From Salpingoeca rosetta (lineage: Eukaryota > Protista > Choanoflagellata): a DNA stretch of 64,000 bases. Within the stretch, counting starts at the first letter, position 1; every line of letters begins with the position of its first letter. The translations under genes and the position numbers were made by a program. Below are positions 1 through 16,555 of this stretch, one piece after another. A model generated the notes under the pieces. That model was not told the DNA's origin. It saw only the letters and a program-made list of their open reading frames with translations, and searched no databases. The stretch is taken from the NCBI GenBank assembly GCA_033442325.1, contig JAWQFM010000008.1:310001-374000 (forward strand), given 5' to 3'.

Positions 1-31
1 CACACACTCTCTCTCTCTCTTACACACGCAC

Positions 32-1551
<1,520 letters not shown>

Positions 1552-1614
1552 CTTCCTTTTGTTGATTGACTTGGGGTTTGTTTGTGGAAAAGTAGTTGTA
1601 TCATTCTAAGTTTT

Positions 1615-1986
1615 CTACAAGCGAAGCAAGGCGAGGGGAACGGCTTGTGTGCCCATGCCCACAGCAAGGATGTGTGTTGGCTCGCTGTCAACACCACCAT
1701 TGCTGGTGATGTGGTGGCGGTGGCGGTGGCAGAACACCATGGATGATAAGCGCAGGCCAAGAGGGGGAAGAGAGAGATTGGCGGAAAAGGGGGAGGGGAG
1801 CCATTGGATGACACGATGGTAAGGTGGAATGGACGTGAGTTGTGGAAAACGCAGTGCAAGAATGCGCGAACAACAACAACAACCACACAAGTCATGCATA
1901 CACACACGCACAAACACAAACACACGCACAAACACAAACACACAAGTCATGCGGAAACACACGCACACACACACACACGCACACAC

Positions 1987-2039
<53 letters not shown>

Positions 2040-2665
2040 AACAAACAAACCTCCCCCTCCCTCCCCCACCACCAATTTCCCCCAACACACACACACACAC
2101 ACACACCGGGTGACAGCGAGGTCTTGAACGTCGTGGATGCTGAGAACACGGGATCCAATCAAGTGCAAACGGCCGGCAGGCGCCTGGAGCGAATGGCAAC
2201 AACGGGGCAGCCACGACAATACAATACAGGCACAGCTTGTCGTGAATGTTGAGGACATAACATACAAACATACCAACACAGAGCTTGCAACACTGTTTGC
2301 GTCCCATCGGAAGGAATGCATGCCAAGACAAGCCACAAGACAAGTCAAAACAGCCACGCAAACAACACCAAAACAAGCCAACCACACATGTACCATCACC
2401 ACCATCACCGCAATAACACACCTCGCGAGTGCCGCGTGTCCATGCCCAGAGATTGAGACGACAGTCTGCGCCGCACGTGGCAAAGCGGTCGCCGTCAACA
2501 GCAACACAACACGTGGCGTTGGCGGCGTGGCCCGCAGCAACCATATCCGAGTGCACGGCCTCCACACGCGCACGGGGACCGGTGACGATGCGAAGAGCCG
2601 TCGCTGCAACGGCGTTGTCATCCCCGCAAGTGGCGATGCAGACGCGAGCGACACACGGCCCGCAC

Positions 2666-2707
<42 letters not shown>

Positions 2708-5318
2708 GCAACATCATCACCACCACCAACAACATCCTTACAATCACCATCATCACCGCCACCGCCACCGTCACCATGAACATCCGCGCCATCACGAGGG
2801 AGGACAGCAAGACCGTTGATGCCGGACTGGTGGATGGCAACACCACCAACGAGATGTGTCCCCGCATCTGCTTCTTTCTGCCACGTGGCAGTGACATCAC
2901 TGCTCACGGGCCACGCACCGCCCTCAAGCGCTTGCACCACGTGTCGAAGGTCCCACACACACGCGCGCCCATCCGTGGTTGTCGTCAGCAGCAAACCGCG
3001 TGCATGAGATGCACCGCCACCGCTGCTGTTGTCATCATCGGCGTTGGTGTCGTTGGCTGCATTGATCCACGTCGCCTGCAGCACACACCGCCCTTTGCCA
3101 TCGCTGCGGCACAAACAGCAGCAACAGAAGCAGAAACGCATTTCGTCGTGAGCGAGTGCGAAGATAACGTGGCGCCTGTGTATGTTTACAACGTGCGCGG
3201 GTGTGTGTGTGCGTGTGGGCATCTCGGTGGCACCTTGATGTGTAGTTGAGGCGAAGCAGATCCCAGAACACGCTGTCGCGAAAACCAACGACCCTGGTGA
3301 CGTGCATGGTGATGCAGAAGGTGAGCATGACAATGCTAACATGCACACGCACATATGTACGAAAAAAAAAAAACATCTACGAACATGCAGCAATGCACGC
3401 ACACACACACACACATGCATGCGCGCGCACGCACGCACGCACGCAACCCCACACCCAACCACGCATACACGCAACCACAAACACACACACACGCGCGCGC
3501 GCGCAACCACGCACCTGATGGATGCATCTGAGAGGGCGATGGCGAGAAGAGCAGTGTGTGTGTTCGCGGGGAGTACAGCAATGGCCATGACACGCGCCTC
3601 CACGCTCGCGGCAACGGACGGCGGCGGCCAACGGCTGCACACCTCCGCAGACAGCAGCACACGCGCACTGTGTCGTTGGGGATTTACGGTGGTTGGTCGA
3701 GGTGAGCAAGGGGGGGGGCATGCATGGACTGTGCGAAATCAAGATGACGCAGCGAAATAAGCCACGCAAACGCATACGCACACATGTGCATACACACGCA
3801 CACACATTCATAGACACAAGCACTCACACGCACACGCACGCGCACGCACACGCACACACAAGCACACAAGCACACGCGCGCGCAAACACACGAGGTGGCC
3901 TCACGTTGGCTTGCGCGTGGGATCCTTTGTCGCGTGTTGCGCTGCTTTTGACGTCCAGGCTGCAACAGCGCCACCGCCACAACCGGAAAAGAGGACCAAA
4001 TGTCCATCAAGACGGCATGATGCAATGCAGCGCACGCCAGAGATGTGATGGCGAAGGAAGCAGTGGAATCGATGCTATTCAATTCGTATGATGGCCGCAT
4101 ATGGAAGCAATGCATGTGAGTGTATGTGTGCGTGTGTGTGTGTGTGTGAGTGCGAGTGTGTATGTGCGTGAGTGAGTGAGAAAGTGTGTGTGCGAAAAAA
4201 CGACAATCGTCAAAGGCGTGAACAACTCCATGATACACGCACAGCATGAAACATCCTCTGAATTCGTTGCCAACAAAACAAATCAGCTTGTCAGGCGTGA
4301 GCAGTAGCGTCTCACCACCACAGGCCCGCTGCTGCTATGACCATCACCACCGCCATCGTGCAGCGTGGACAGGCCAAGGCGGTTGTCTTCGCTCCCCGTC
4401 ACAATTGCCCGCGTGCCATCATCCTGCACACCCGCACGTGTTCACGCGTTGTTCGTGTGTGAATGCAAAGGAGGGCATGCGGGCATGTGAACATATGGAT
4501 ATGTTGTGGACATGTGAACGTGTGAGTGTACAGGTGCGTTGATGCGAGCATGCACGTGAACACTTGTACAAGTGGCCTGTCGAGCACGACTGCATACCCA
4601 CTCGGCTGCACATCATCCTTGCAATTGTGCATAAAAGTGTAAAATCACAACAAAACACACACCCCGCCCCCAACCACACGCACGCACATGCGTGGCACTC
4701 ACAAAGCGGCAGACGTGCACGCAGACGCATTCGCGGCCGTGTCCACCCTCGAGCACACACACGCCACTGTCCGCGGAGTTGCCTGCAAGCAAGCATATCA
4801 GATGGCGTGAGCTCTTTGATTCCTTGTGGAGAAGACATCGACACCAACAGCAGCTGAACCAAAAATTTACACAACCATTCGAGCAACAACAATAATGATG
4901 CGGTTGCGACACCACCAATACCACCACCAATATCACCACCAATACCACCAATACCACTGCTAGCACCTGGCGGGCGGCGCACAAAGTTGAGGGCTGCATC
5001 CCGGATAAAGACGGCGGCATATCCGTCGTCACCGCTGACTGTCGATGCAAAGTCCCACGAGCGGTGGCCCCCGCCCACGTCATGGCGCAGCACCTGCGAC
5101 CGGTGAGCAGCGCAGGGACACGCGCGGTTGACATGAAGGGCAGTCAACAGGTGGTGGAAAGTGCGTGGTGTGCGGTTAGTGCGAGGGGGGCAGGTGGGGA
5201 GGAAGTGCAAACGGCGCAAACAAGTTGCTCACAGCACGAGGGAGGTGGCATCTACCACATGCATCGACACTACACAGCAAAAAGAACAACTTAAACAACA
5301 ACAACAACTTAAACAACT

Positions 5319-5399
<81 letters not shown>

Positions 5400-7168
5400 C
5401 GCACACATAGAGGCTCACCTCAAGATGGGTCTGTGCATCCAGGACAACAAGTTCCTGCCGCATAAACCCAACAACAAGCGCGCGAAGGTTCGCCACGCTG
5501 CCAACTACACCGCTGCTGTTGTCATCAGCAGCATTGCCATCATCGTCACCACCACGCGTTGGCGGTGTTTGGGCAAGCACGAGTGCGTTCAACCAGCCCA
5601 TCTGGCGGGACACACGCGCTTTCGTCGCAAGCACGAGCGACACACGTCGACAGCCCTGCCGCATATCATCGTCATCATCGTCACCATCACCATCACCATC
5701 ACCATCACGACTGCTGCTGTGCTGTGCACTCACGTTGAAGATGCAGTAGTACCCATTCCGCCCCGTTGTCACCAGACACACGCGCCCATCTGCTGTGGGC
5801 ATGTGCGCAACACTCGTCACAGACTGCTTGCCGTGCGCCTTGAACACTGCGCTCGCTGTTGTGCACACGCGCGCTGGCACCACCGCATCCCCTGCCGTCG
5901 CCGCCGTTGCTGCTGTTGCTCCGGGGTTGAGCTGCTCAGGCTGTTGCGGCGGCTGAGGTGCCGAAGCGGTGCTGTCACCATGACCACCATCACCATGACG
6001 ACTGCTGCAGTTCATGTCAAAGACGCGCACAAACCCCTTTCTGTCGCCGACAACAAGAAGCCGAGAGGGCAGAAGCGCCGCACACTGCACATACACGCCC
6101 GCATCCACGCGATATTCAAACACACACTCAACACGCACCACGGCCTGCCCTGGTGTTCCCACTGACGCCGTTGTATCACCACCATCACCCACGGTGCGTT
6201 CGTCATCGCCATCACCATTACCACTGCCATCACGGTCGGCAACGTGCAGTCGCCACACGCGACCACATCCTGCCGTGTATGTGAACAGCAGAAGCTGTTG
6301 CTGCTGCTGCTGCTTACTGACATGTGCTGTTGGCGCTGTGAGCCAGTGCAGCGAGAGTATCTTGCTGTCGTGCGCACGGAATGTGTGCAAGTGTCCCGCC
6401 CTCTCGCTGCACAGTATAACGCGGCCACACACGCTGCAGGACGCGGAAGGGCGATTGTAGTTAGTGTATGTGTGTGTGTGTGAGGTTGTGTACGACGGGA
6501 ATTGTATTTGTGCGCGTGTGAGAGTGTGTAAACGCATATGAGGGTACTCATGAGTGCATTCCACCGCAGTTGTGGCCATGCAATCCTTCTGTTTCTGATT
6601 GCACATGAACACATTGGTGCAATGGTGGCCTACCTTGTTACGGCGAACACATGCGAGGCGGTGGTGGCGGGATGGCCAGGGAATGCGTTCATCGCCGTCG
6701 GCTTTTGGGTCGCAATGAGGATGTACTTGCGGAGAAGAGGCGAGTGCATCAGCAGCTTCTCTTGCTGCGTCTACACAGGAGGGCGCATGGCGGTTCGTGC
6801 GTGTGAGATGTGATGTGATCACGAGGGCGAGAGGACAACCATCAAAGCAAGCCACCAAATTCACATGAAAGCACGCACACGCACACGCACACCATATCAG
6901 AACGCAAAATTTTGCATAAACACATGTACATGCACAGATGCATGAACACAACAAGCACACCTCAAAGTTGTAGTGCATGATGTGACCGCTGTGTGTGCAC
7001 ACAACGACACGCGAACGGTCGAGGAGAGCAGTTGTGCTTGGGGTGATATCCGTGTCCGCTGATGCTGTTGGTGGACGTGGGATCCACTTGCCGGCGAATG
7101 CAGACGTTTCCTGCAGCGCTGCTGGCGAGATGGACCACCGCCACACACTGCCGTCCTCTCCACCTGAT

Positions 7169-7259
<91 letters not shown>

Positions 7260-7551
7260 CACACACACGCACACACGATCGTGAGTGCTGACAGCAAATG
7301 CGCTGATGGTTGAAGGGTCAGCAACAGCAGCAACAGCAGCTGCAGCAGAAACAAACAGCAACAGCAGCAGTATTGAACCAACACAACATTATCGCCATCC
7401 ACACTGCCAGCACCTGTGATGACGGCCTCGCTGCTGGTATCGGCAATCGCCCACAGCCCGCCCCCGCCGCGGTGGCCACGATACCTGCCACCAGCAACGT
7501 GCGAATTTGCGTGAGATTGCATGTGTGGGCATACATGTGGAAGCGGGTCGA

Positions 7552-7646
<95 letters not shown>

Positions 7647-10145
7647 CGCGCCCGCGCGCGTGTGTTTGTGCGTGCAAATGGTTCATCTTGTCTAGTTCTG
7701 CCATGGTGTCGCATAGGATGCACGAGTGACGATGATGATCATATCCTGTTCACGAGTGTGCGCGCTGGTGGTTGCACTCACCGCCTGAGACGTCGGCCAT
7801 GGTGATCCCACACGCAGCAGCACCCGTCCTCTCCAGCAGTCAACAGCGCAGTCTCCGTCAGCAGACACCGCCACACGCTGCCAGCATGCACACGAGCGCA
7901 CAACCACATGTATGACAAGGGTTGTCATGCAGAGGGCGAGACCAGGGGGGTAACCATGTGTCAGCACTTCCAGCACCCAGAAGAGGCACAGCCGCTACAA
8001 CCACCACAGCCGCTACAACCACCACCACCAAGACTATAGCAGCTCCAACAACTTCACCTACAACCACCACCCCATGACAGCAACGCACCGCGATGAGTGA
8101 CCATAGACCACGACAGAGGCGGCAATTGATTGTGTTTGCGACGTGTGCTCATCTGCGTGCGCCCATTTGGGAGGAAGCATCCACACCCGCGCACTGCGAT
8201 CATCACTCACGCTACACAGCTTGTCGCCTGCAACGTTGGCGGTGGCGGTTGCGGTTGCGTGCGTGGTTGAGAGTCGGTGGGAAGGAGGTGGTGTTCATGC
8301 AAGTGGAGAGCGCGCCTACTGCAGTCCACACCACACAGAGACAGTACACACACACACACGCACGCACACGCACACGCACACACACGCACAGCACACGCGT
8401 ACACACGTGCACACACACACACACATACACACACTGTGCACACATAGACACAAACGTACCCGATGGCGAGAAGCAGACGTTGAAGATGACGCCGTCGTGC
8501 CCATCCAGACACACGCGCGCGGGCACGATGCGCTCCTCTGTATTGCGGTGGCGGGTGTTTGGCAAGCGCCACAGCCGCACCTGCTGGAAAATGGTCCCTG
8601 CCGTGGTGTGCATGGCCAATTGAGGGCGTCAGGGCCACCCAAAGTGAAATCAAGAACGTGATTGTGCGCTGGATTGTATGTGCAGCGTACAAGCGTTGCA
8701 AGGATGCGGCTGGTGCGTTATTTGTGTTGTTACACAACACATAGCACGTCGAACATGTGTAGGGTTGTATGTGCATGCAACTGTGGTTGGATGTACGTGG
8801 AAATGTGGTTGAATGTGTGTGAGTGTGAATGTGAATGTGAATATGTGCGTGTGTGTGTGTGTGTGCGTGCGTGTGTGTGTGTGTGTGTACCTGATGCGAC
8901 GGCGGTGATGTTTGTGCCGTAGTCGTGCAAGCCAGCAGAGTACAACAGGCAAGCCGTGTCTCCACGAAACGCCACCGCTTCCTCCCACTGGCCCAGTGTT
9001 GTGCATGGTATACATGAGACAGCGCATCAGTGCAATAGGCAGGGAGATGGTGTGTGAGTGAGTGTGTGTGTGCGCGCGTGTGCAAAACAGAGAGAGGGAG
9101 AGAGGAGGGAGAGCGAGAGAGAGAGAGGGAGACTTCGTATCTTGTGATGGTATCCAAGCCTCGCCCCAGACGCGTCAGCAGTTGAGCGTGTGGTGCTCGA
9201 GTGCAATGGATGGGCGATGAGATGCAATCCCTCACATCATGCCAGGCAAGAATGCGCGACCCACCTGTGGGGATTCGCAGACGGGGGCGTGGAGGACCTG
9301 AACATGGTTGTGGGCCAGCACGACAATGAGCTCGAGCAGGTCGGGCCGAGATTCCTGTTGCTCAGCGGACGCTTTGTGCTTGATGCGACGACACGAGGCC
9401 GTCCACATGCGATCGCGCAGCGTAATGTTGGACACGCACACGAGCTGCTTTACGCCAGTGTATCTCAGCGTTGCCACCTCCTTACTGCCAAAGCACACCA
9501 CATGGTCCTTGTCTGGGAAGGAAAACCCAAACACGCTGCCAATTCGAAATACCTGGTTTTGGTGTGTATGTATGCGCGTGTGTGTGCGGTGCGGGTTGTG
9601 TGTTGTGTGAATGTGTGCGTGTGTATGCGCGTGCGTGGTGCGTGTGATGTGTGATGTTGTGCATGCAATGAGCAGATGATGCAGTGCCACATGCGTTTTC
9701 AGCACAGATGGCGCTGACGGGCTTGACAACATTGTGGTTGCAGCTTGACTGGTTACTGAGGTTGTTGCACGGACACTACATACGCAAAGCAACATAACAG
9801 CTGCAGACACACACGCACACACGCACACACGCACACACACGCACACACGCACACACGCACACACGCACACACGCACTCACACGCACATACAAACACGCAC
9901 ACACACGCACACACACGCGCGCGCACACACGCACACACGCGCGCGCACACACGCACACACACGCGCGCACACACGCACACACACGCACACACCTCCTTGG
10001 CATAGATGACGGAGTGTGATCCTGCATCGAGCACCTTCACGGCGCAGCCGCAGCCAACAAAGACGAGGCCGTTATCCTCTGCCAGGGCTGTCACTGGTGC
10101 GGTCAGCGCGCACGCTGTGGTGGTTGTCGCGCATCGCTCGCCCAT
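1615..10145 (-). CDS. WDR6: WD-repeat protein 6 / Trm734 (partner of the tRNA 2'-O-methyltransferase Trm7/FTSJ1), multi-exon
   Basis: Exonic WD40 segments: [47 protein letters not shown], the WDR6-typical [30 protein letters not shown], and terminal [10 protein letters not shown]|NGG...[19 protein letters not shown]. Internal exon boundaries are only partly resolved. Confidence 0.82.
5283..5400. repeat. (CAA)n microsatellite with CTTAAA interruptions, in a WDR6 intron
   Basis: Directly visible. Confidence 0.95.
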
Positions 10146-10435
10146 CGTGTGTTGTTACCTTGTCCGGGTGGTGAAATTAGCGATATCTTGCATAAATGCT
10201 CCGCGTACAGCCCTTTGCGTTCTGTGTTGGCAGCGCCCCTCCCCCTTCCCCGAAATTTTATCTCATGCCAGCTGTGCACCTTGGCCTTGCGCCTTGCTCC
10301 TGTGCTTTCTGCGATTGTACGCAGTGTTCACTTTCCCGCCACACAGCAGTCGCAGTGCACCGCTTTGCTTGTTGCCTGTTGGTCTTGACACCTCCCCCTC
10401 CTATCTCCACCACCAACCTCTCTCCGACAGCAACC

Positions 10436-11132
10436 ATGGGTAAGGTCAACGGACTGCCACTGTATCGTGTGGACATGAAAGGCTTGTGTGTAGGGGTGTG
10501 GGTGGGTAAGACTGAGAGACTGAGAGAGAGAGAGCGCGCGCGGGGGGGTGGGGTCTTTTTCTGTGGACGAAGAGGTCGTTGTGATCGACGATGGGTTGTC
10601 TGCGATCTGCGTTTGTTTGTGTTTTTAATGAAGGGGCGACTCTGCACCAATTGAGCATGGCGTGCTCCGTTGTTCCGATTCCAGAGGAAAACAGCGACTT
10701 GAAAGCTACCAGTGCATCTCACGTTCTGCGGATGTGCACGTTGTCGCTTCTTTGCCGTTTCTCTGTTTGTTTGTTTCCTACCAGGTTACGAGGCTCCCAA
10801 GGGTGTTCCCACCGTCTTCGACCCCAGCTTCACCGGCGTCGGCCAGAAGCCCGGTCTTGAGATCTGGCGCGTGGAGAAGCTTGCCGTCGTCAAGAAGAAC
10901 AAGGACGACAAGGCACACAAGGGCGAGCTCCACGAGGGCGATGCCTACATCATCCTCCAGACCAAGGTGTGTGTGTGTGTGTGTTCGTGTGCGTGTGAGC
11001 GTGCCGCTTTTGTGTGTTCGTGTGAGATCTGGTGCTATTGTTTTGTATTGGCGTTTTTCGTCTGTTCTGCCGCTGCCTGCACTTGGAAACACAGGCACAC
11101 ACGCACATCCACATACGCACGCACACACACAC

Positions 11133-11172
<40 letters not shown>

Positions 11173-12304
11173 CAACGTGCATGCACGAAAACCGACGACC
11201 GACGATGCATGTGCACAATTATCTCGACTCAACCACCCACCCCCCTCTTCAACACACCGAAACAGGAGGTGCATGGTGCGCTTCAGCGCAACATCTTCTT
11301 CTGGCTCGGCAAGGACTCCAGCCAGGATGAGCAGGGCGTGGCCGCGTACAAGACGGTCGAGCTCGACCAGTCGCTCGGCGATGAGCCCGTGCAGCATCGC
11401 GAGGTGCAGAACCACGAGTCGGACGAGTTCCTCGGCCTCTTCAAGAACGGCCTGCGCTACCTCGAGGGCGGTGTCGCCACCGGCTTCCGCCACGTCGACC
11501 GCGACGCCTACGAGACGCGCCTCCTGCACATCAAGGGCCGCCGCAACATCCGCGTGTCCCAGGTCAAGCTCGACCCAAGCAGCATGAACGAGGGCGACGT
11601 GTTCGTGCTCGATGCCGGCAAGGACATCTTCCAGTGGAACGGCAAGGGCGCCAGCCGCGTGGAGAAGTCCAAGGCCCTCGAGGTCACCAAACGCATCCGC
11701 GACGAGGAGCGCGGTGGCAAGGCCAAGATCCACCTCATCGACCAGGGCAAGGACGACGACTCCCTGTTCTGGGAGAAGTTTGGCGTGAGCAAGCCCACGC
11801 GCATCAAGTCCGCCGAGGAGGGTGGCGATGACGCCAAGNNNNNNNNNNNNNNNNNNNNNNNNNNNNNNNNNNNNNNNNNNNNNNNNNNNNNNNNNNNNNN
11901 NNNNNNNNNNNNNNNNNNNNNNNNNNNNNNNNNNNNNNACCACACCCCTGTCACTCGCGTTGTTGAGGGTGGCGAGACGCCGCTGTTCAAGCAGAACTTC
12001 CCCGGCTGGAAGGAGGCCAACGCCCTCCTCCCTGGCCAGACCGGCATCCGCAAGAAGAAGTTCATCAAGCGCCAGTTCTCTGCCGCTACCCTTCACAGCG
12101 CGGTGCGTGCACGTGGTTGTACATGTGTGAGCGTTTAGACGTGCCTTGCGTCGTCGGAATGGCGTACTCTTGTTGTTGTCATTATTCTCTTGCACCCACG
12201 ATGCTCGCTCGTACTTTCATTCGTTGCTTTCGCGCTTTCATCATCCACACACACGCACACACACGCTCACACACACACACACACACACGCTCACACGCAC
12301 ACGC

Positions 12305-12339
<35 letters not shown>

Positions 12340-13947
12340 CACTCACATGCTTACTCACCCTTGCTTTGTCACCATCAAACAGGGTGAGCGCCAGAAGGCG
12401 AACCTTCCGGATGACGGCAAGGGCAAGCTCGAGGTGTGGCGCATCGAGAACTTTGAGATGGCGCCTGTGCCCAAGGACCAGCACGGCCACTTCTACTCTG
12501 GCGACTCGTATGTGATGCTGTACACGTACCTGCGCAACAGCAAGGAGGAGTACATCATCTACTTCTGGCAGGGCAACAAGTCGTCCCAGGACGAGCGCGG
12601 CGCCTCTGCCAAGCACGCCGTCGACCTCGACGACCAGTACGGCGGCGCCCCCGTGCAGGTGCGCGTGGTGCAGAACAAGGAGCCCCCACACTTCTACCTC
12701 GTCATGAAGCAGTTTGGCGGCATGGTTGTGCATGAGGGCGGCCACGCCTCTGGCTGGAAGAACGTCGACGACAAGGACTCGTACGACACGGACGGCACCC
12801 GCCTGTTCCAGGTCCGCGGCACCAACGAGTGGAACACGCGCGCCATCCAGGTTGACGAGGAGCCCAAGTCCCTCAACTCTGGCGACGTCTTCATTCTTGA
12901 GACCCCGCAGAACGTCTTCCTGTGGTACGGCAAGGGCTGCACCGGTGACGAGCGCGAGTACGCCAAGCAGATTGTCAAGCGCGTGTGCCCCAAGCGCGGC
13001 GCCAGCTTTGAGGCCATCACCGAGGGCCAGGAGCCCAAGGAGTTCTGGCAGGGTCTTGGCTGGGACATTGACACACAGGGCCGCCCCACCTACGCCGAGT
13101 TCAAGGAGCAGGCCATCCAGGAGTACCACGAGCCCCGCCTGTTCCAGTGCAGTAACGCCCGCGGCTACTTCTACGTCGAGGAGATCTTCGACTTTGATCA
13201 GAACGTGAGGGCTGCCGCTGCTGCTGTTGTTGTTGTTGCTGTTTGAGTTACTTTTCTCTCAATGTGCCATTTGCTTTGCGTCCATATTGTTGGAAACCTT
13301 GTTGCTGTTTCATGCCTGGCACATCCGAGTGCTGCGCAACACACGTTTCTCCTTATCCCCTCACACTTGGCACCATCGCCCTCTTCCTTTCATCACACCA
13401 ATCTCTCACAACACACACTTTCACACCATGATAGGATCTGATTGAGGACGATGTGATGCTGCTGGACACCTACTTTGAGGTGTTTGTGTGGATTGGCCAG
13501 AACGCCAACCCCGAGGAGAAGAAGGGCGCGCTGCAGGCTGCCGTCGACTACGTCAAGACAGATCCCTCTGGCCGCACCGTCGACGACACGTGCATCATGC
13601 AGATCAAGCAGGGCTTTGAGCCAACCAACTTCCGCTGCCACTTCCACGCGTGGGACGACGACATGTGGTCCAAGGGCATGAGCTACGAGGAGCTCAAGGC
13701 CAAGCTTGGCAGCGAGGTTGAGGGCGTCGACGCCATGGCTGCGCTCGACGAGTGGTCTGGCAACAAGAAGTACCCCTATGAGCTGCTGCGCGATGGTCCC
13801 GTGCCGGAGACGGTCGACGTCACCGCCAAGGAGCAGTACCTCGAGGACGAGGAGTTTGAGAAGATCTTCAAGATGACGCGCGCAGAGTTCAACGCCCTGC
13901 CCAAGTGGAAGCAGAACGGCAAGAAGAAGGAGGTCAAGCTCTTCTGA
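10436..13947 (+). CDS. VIL: Villin (gelsolin repeats plus C-terminal headpiece)
   Basis: ATG G|gtaag at 10436. Exons at about 10785-10966, 11266-12102 (interrupted by a gap), 12383-13204 and 13435-13947. Motifs GLEIWRVE, FFWLGKDSSQDEQGVAA, LEVWRIENFE, RLFQCSNARG, and headpiece LPKWKQNGKKKEVKLF*. Confidence 0.95.
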
Positions 13948-14338
13948 GCATGAGGAGAAGAGAAAAGGGACTCCGTGTTTCTGTCTACTCTTTGTTGTGC
14001 GTCTGTCCTTGTCGTTGTGTCCCCTGACTCTGCCGCTTCACGTTGCGATGCGCTGACATGAAGTGGGCGAGAGTGTGCTTTTGCGTGTGGCCTGCTTTAT
14101 CCGTTCTCCCCGAGCGCCAGCGCTGCTGCTGTGCCTTGCCATTGCGTATGCTTTTTCTTGATGACGTGCTGCCGTCCCACACAGCACTCCCATAGATTCT
14201 TTCATCAAACAGACATCACTTTCACACCAGCAGGCTGGCATTGGTCAGTTTATTGATCGCATCAAGAAGGTTTCATTTCACTTGGCACAGAGGGGGGGGG
14301 GGGGAGAGGAGACGGAAGCAAGAACACACAGACACACA

Positions 14339-14392
<54 letters not shown>

Positions 14393-14393
<1 letters not shown>

Positions 14394-15786
14394 TATGCCA
14401 GTCCTAGGCGCTGGATCACGCGGTGTGGCATGCAGTATACACAGTTGACACGATCAATGTCACTTTCTCCCAGCATGGATAGAGCAGCGATGCCAAAGAG
14501 TGTGTGGAACGGGTCCACCATGTCCCCAGGCCGATCAGCAAACCCGCCTTGGAAGTGTGTGTGTGTGTGTGTGTGTGTGCGTGTGCGTGTGCACGTGTGA
14601 ACTTGTGTGTGGCGTGCTTCCGGCAAGAACACGGAGAGACAGAGACGAATGGATGCAAGGACAATCACACACACACACAACACAAACAACACGCACAGAC
14701 AGACAGACAGACACACACACACACACAAGCGCTCATCTCTCCACCTGATTCGTCGTCTTGACAAGCCAGGATAAATGCCTTGAGGCGATCTGCATCAATC
14801 CAGTCCTGGCACTGCAGCATCTGTATGCTCGAGAGCACCCACCACGAATAGCACACATCCGGCAGCTTCTCTGGGCGCCCGTTGAACCCGCCCGACCGTT
14901 CCAGCTGCCGCTGGCTGAGCCACAGCCCCAGCTTGGTCTGATCAATGCTGTACAGGCGGTTTGCAATGGTCAGCACGCCCACGCAGCAATAGATTTGGCC
15001 CGCGTGTGATTCAGACTCTGTGCCGACGCCAAAGCCGCCGTCGAAGTTGAGGCAGCGAAGCACGTGCTGCACCGCAGCGTCAACGTTGATGGCATCGAGC
15101 TTGCCCAACAAACTGAGGGCAGCCAGTGCGCAGAAGGAGAAGCGCGTGTCAACCTCGCCCCACTCATCTCCCTGAAACGACCCGTCCTCCCGCTGCAGCG
15201 CTGCGATGAACTTGCACGCCCCATCCACGTACTTCTGTTGCATGGCGTCGTAGATACACAGGATCTGGACGGCACTCAGCGTGTACAGCAGATGCGGGTC
15301 GTGGCCCTGGCTGGCGGAGAACCCACCAGACGCATCGTCAAAGCACTCATCGATGAACTTCAGCACCGCGGCCGTGTCGAGTTTGTCGCGGGAGTCCAGT
15401 AACTCAAGCGCTGTCACACACCAGTACAGGCCGCTCATTCGCAGGTACTCTGACATGACATACTCAAACTCGCCCTTGCGTTTGTTCCACTGCTCGATGT
15501 AATCAATGTGCTGCTGTCGCAGAAACGCCTTGGGTGCGTCTGCCGGCAAGTCTACATCTTTTCGTTCCTGCCCCAAATCAAAGTCAACTCATGCAACAGC
15601 AATCATGGTTCGTGCATTGGTTGATCGTTGTGTGCGTGCGTGTGCGTGTGTGCGTGCGTGTGCGTGTGCGTGTGTACAAATGTGTGTGCGTGTGTGCAGG
15701 TGTAGAAGTGTGTGTGTGTGTGTGTACCGGCAAGGGGATGGAACGAAATGAGTGTGTGTAGTCGGCGAGACCGCTTTGTTGCAGCA

Positions 15787-15837
<51 letters not shown>

Positions 15838-16002
15838 CGGCAAGCACAAGGAAATCACAAACCACACATGCTGTATGAAGCACGATCCCCAGACACATAC
15901 AACGCATAAACACCACACACACCCGCGTCCCGTTCGTTCAAAGCGTAGACACGCACAATCAGAACACAGCCACACGGCAACATCAGCTGGTGCACGCACC
16001 AT
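14393..16002 (-). CDS. RABGGTB: Rab geranylgeranyltransferase (GGTase II) beta subunit
   Basis: ATG|gtgcgt at 16002. Exon from 15567 reads [10 protein letters not shown]...[11 protein letters not shown]...[11 protein letters not shown]...[10 protein letters not shown]...[18 protein letters not shown]. Last exon reads [24 protein letters not shown]...VYCMP. Confidence 0.95.
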
Positions 16003-16555
16003 CTCTTGTTGGCCAGCTGTTGTGTCGTCGTTTGTTGCCTTGATTTGACGAAAATTACATGAATATTTCAACAAATCGCCAACAACTGCTGTGGCCAATT
16101 TGGGAATTTTTTTCGATTCCAACCGAGCGTCCTCCCAGCCAACGTGTGCGGGTGAGTTGGTGTTGCAGTCGCCTGTCTTCCCTCGAGTGCGAGCTGTCAC
16201 CGCTGCTGCTGCTGCTGTTGTTGTCGTTGCTGGTGGTAGCCATGTGGTTGCGTGATTTTGTGAGCGTGATTGTGGTTGTTTCGCCTTCTTGACAGCCGCC
16301 AACTCAGCACGGTTGGTGCGCAAGCTGTTTTGCATTGACACATGTTGTGTTGCCTGTTTTGTTGATGTGATTGCACAGGGGATTCGCCGGCCTTGTGCGC
16401 GACAGCAACAGTGTTGATGTTGAGGCTTGCGAGCGACCAGAAGGCGACCAAGAAACGAGGAATGGCCGAAGGAAAGAAGCGGCTCCAGGGCTTGAAGAAC
16501 AAGCTATGGGTACGTTGCACTTGATGCCCTTTGCATGGCACTTGTGGCACTGCAA

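Noticed and set aside
11035-13129. Long minus-strand ORFs opposite villin
   Set aside because: Antisense open frames caused by strong C/G-ending codon bias.
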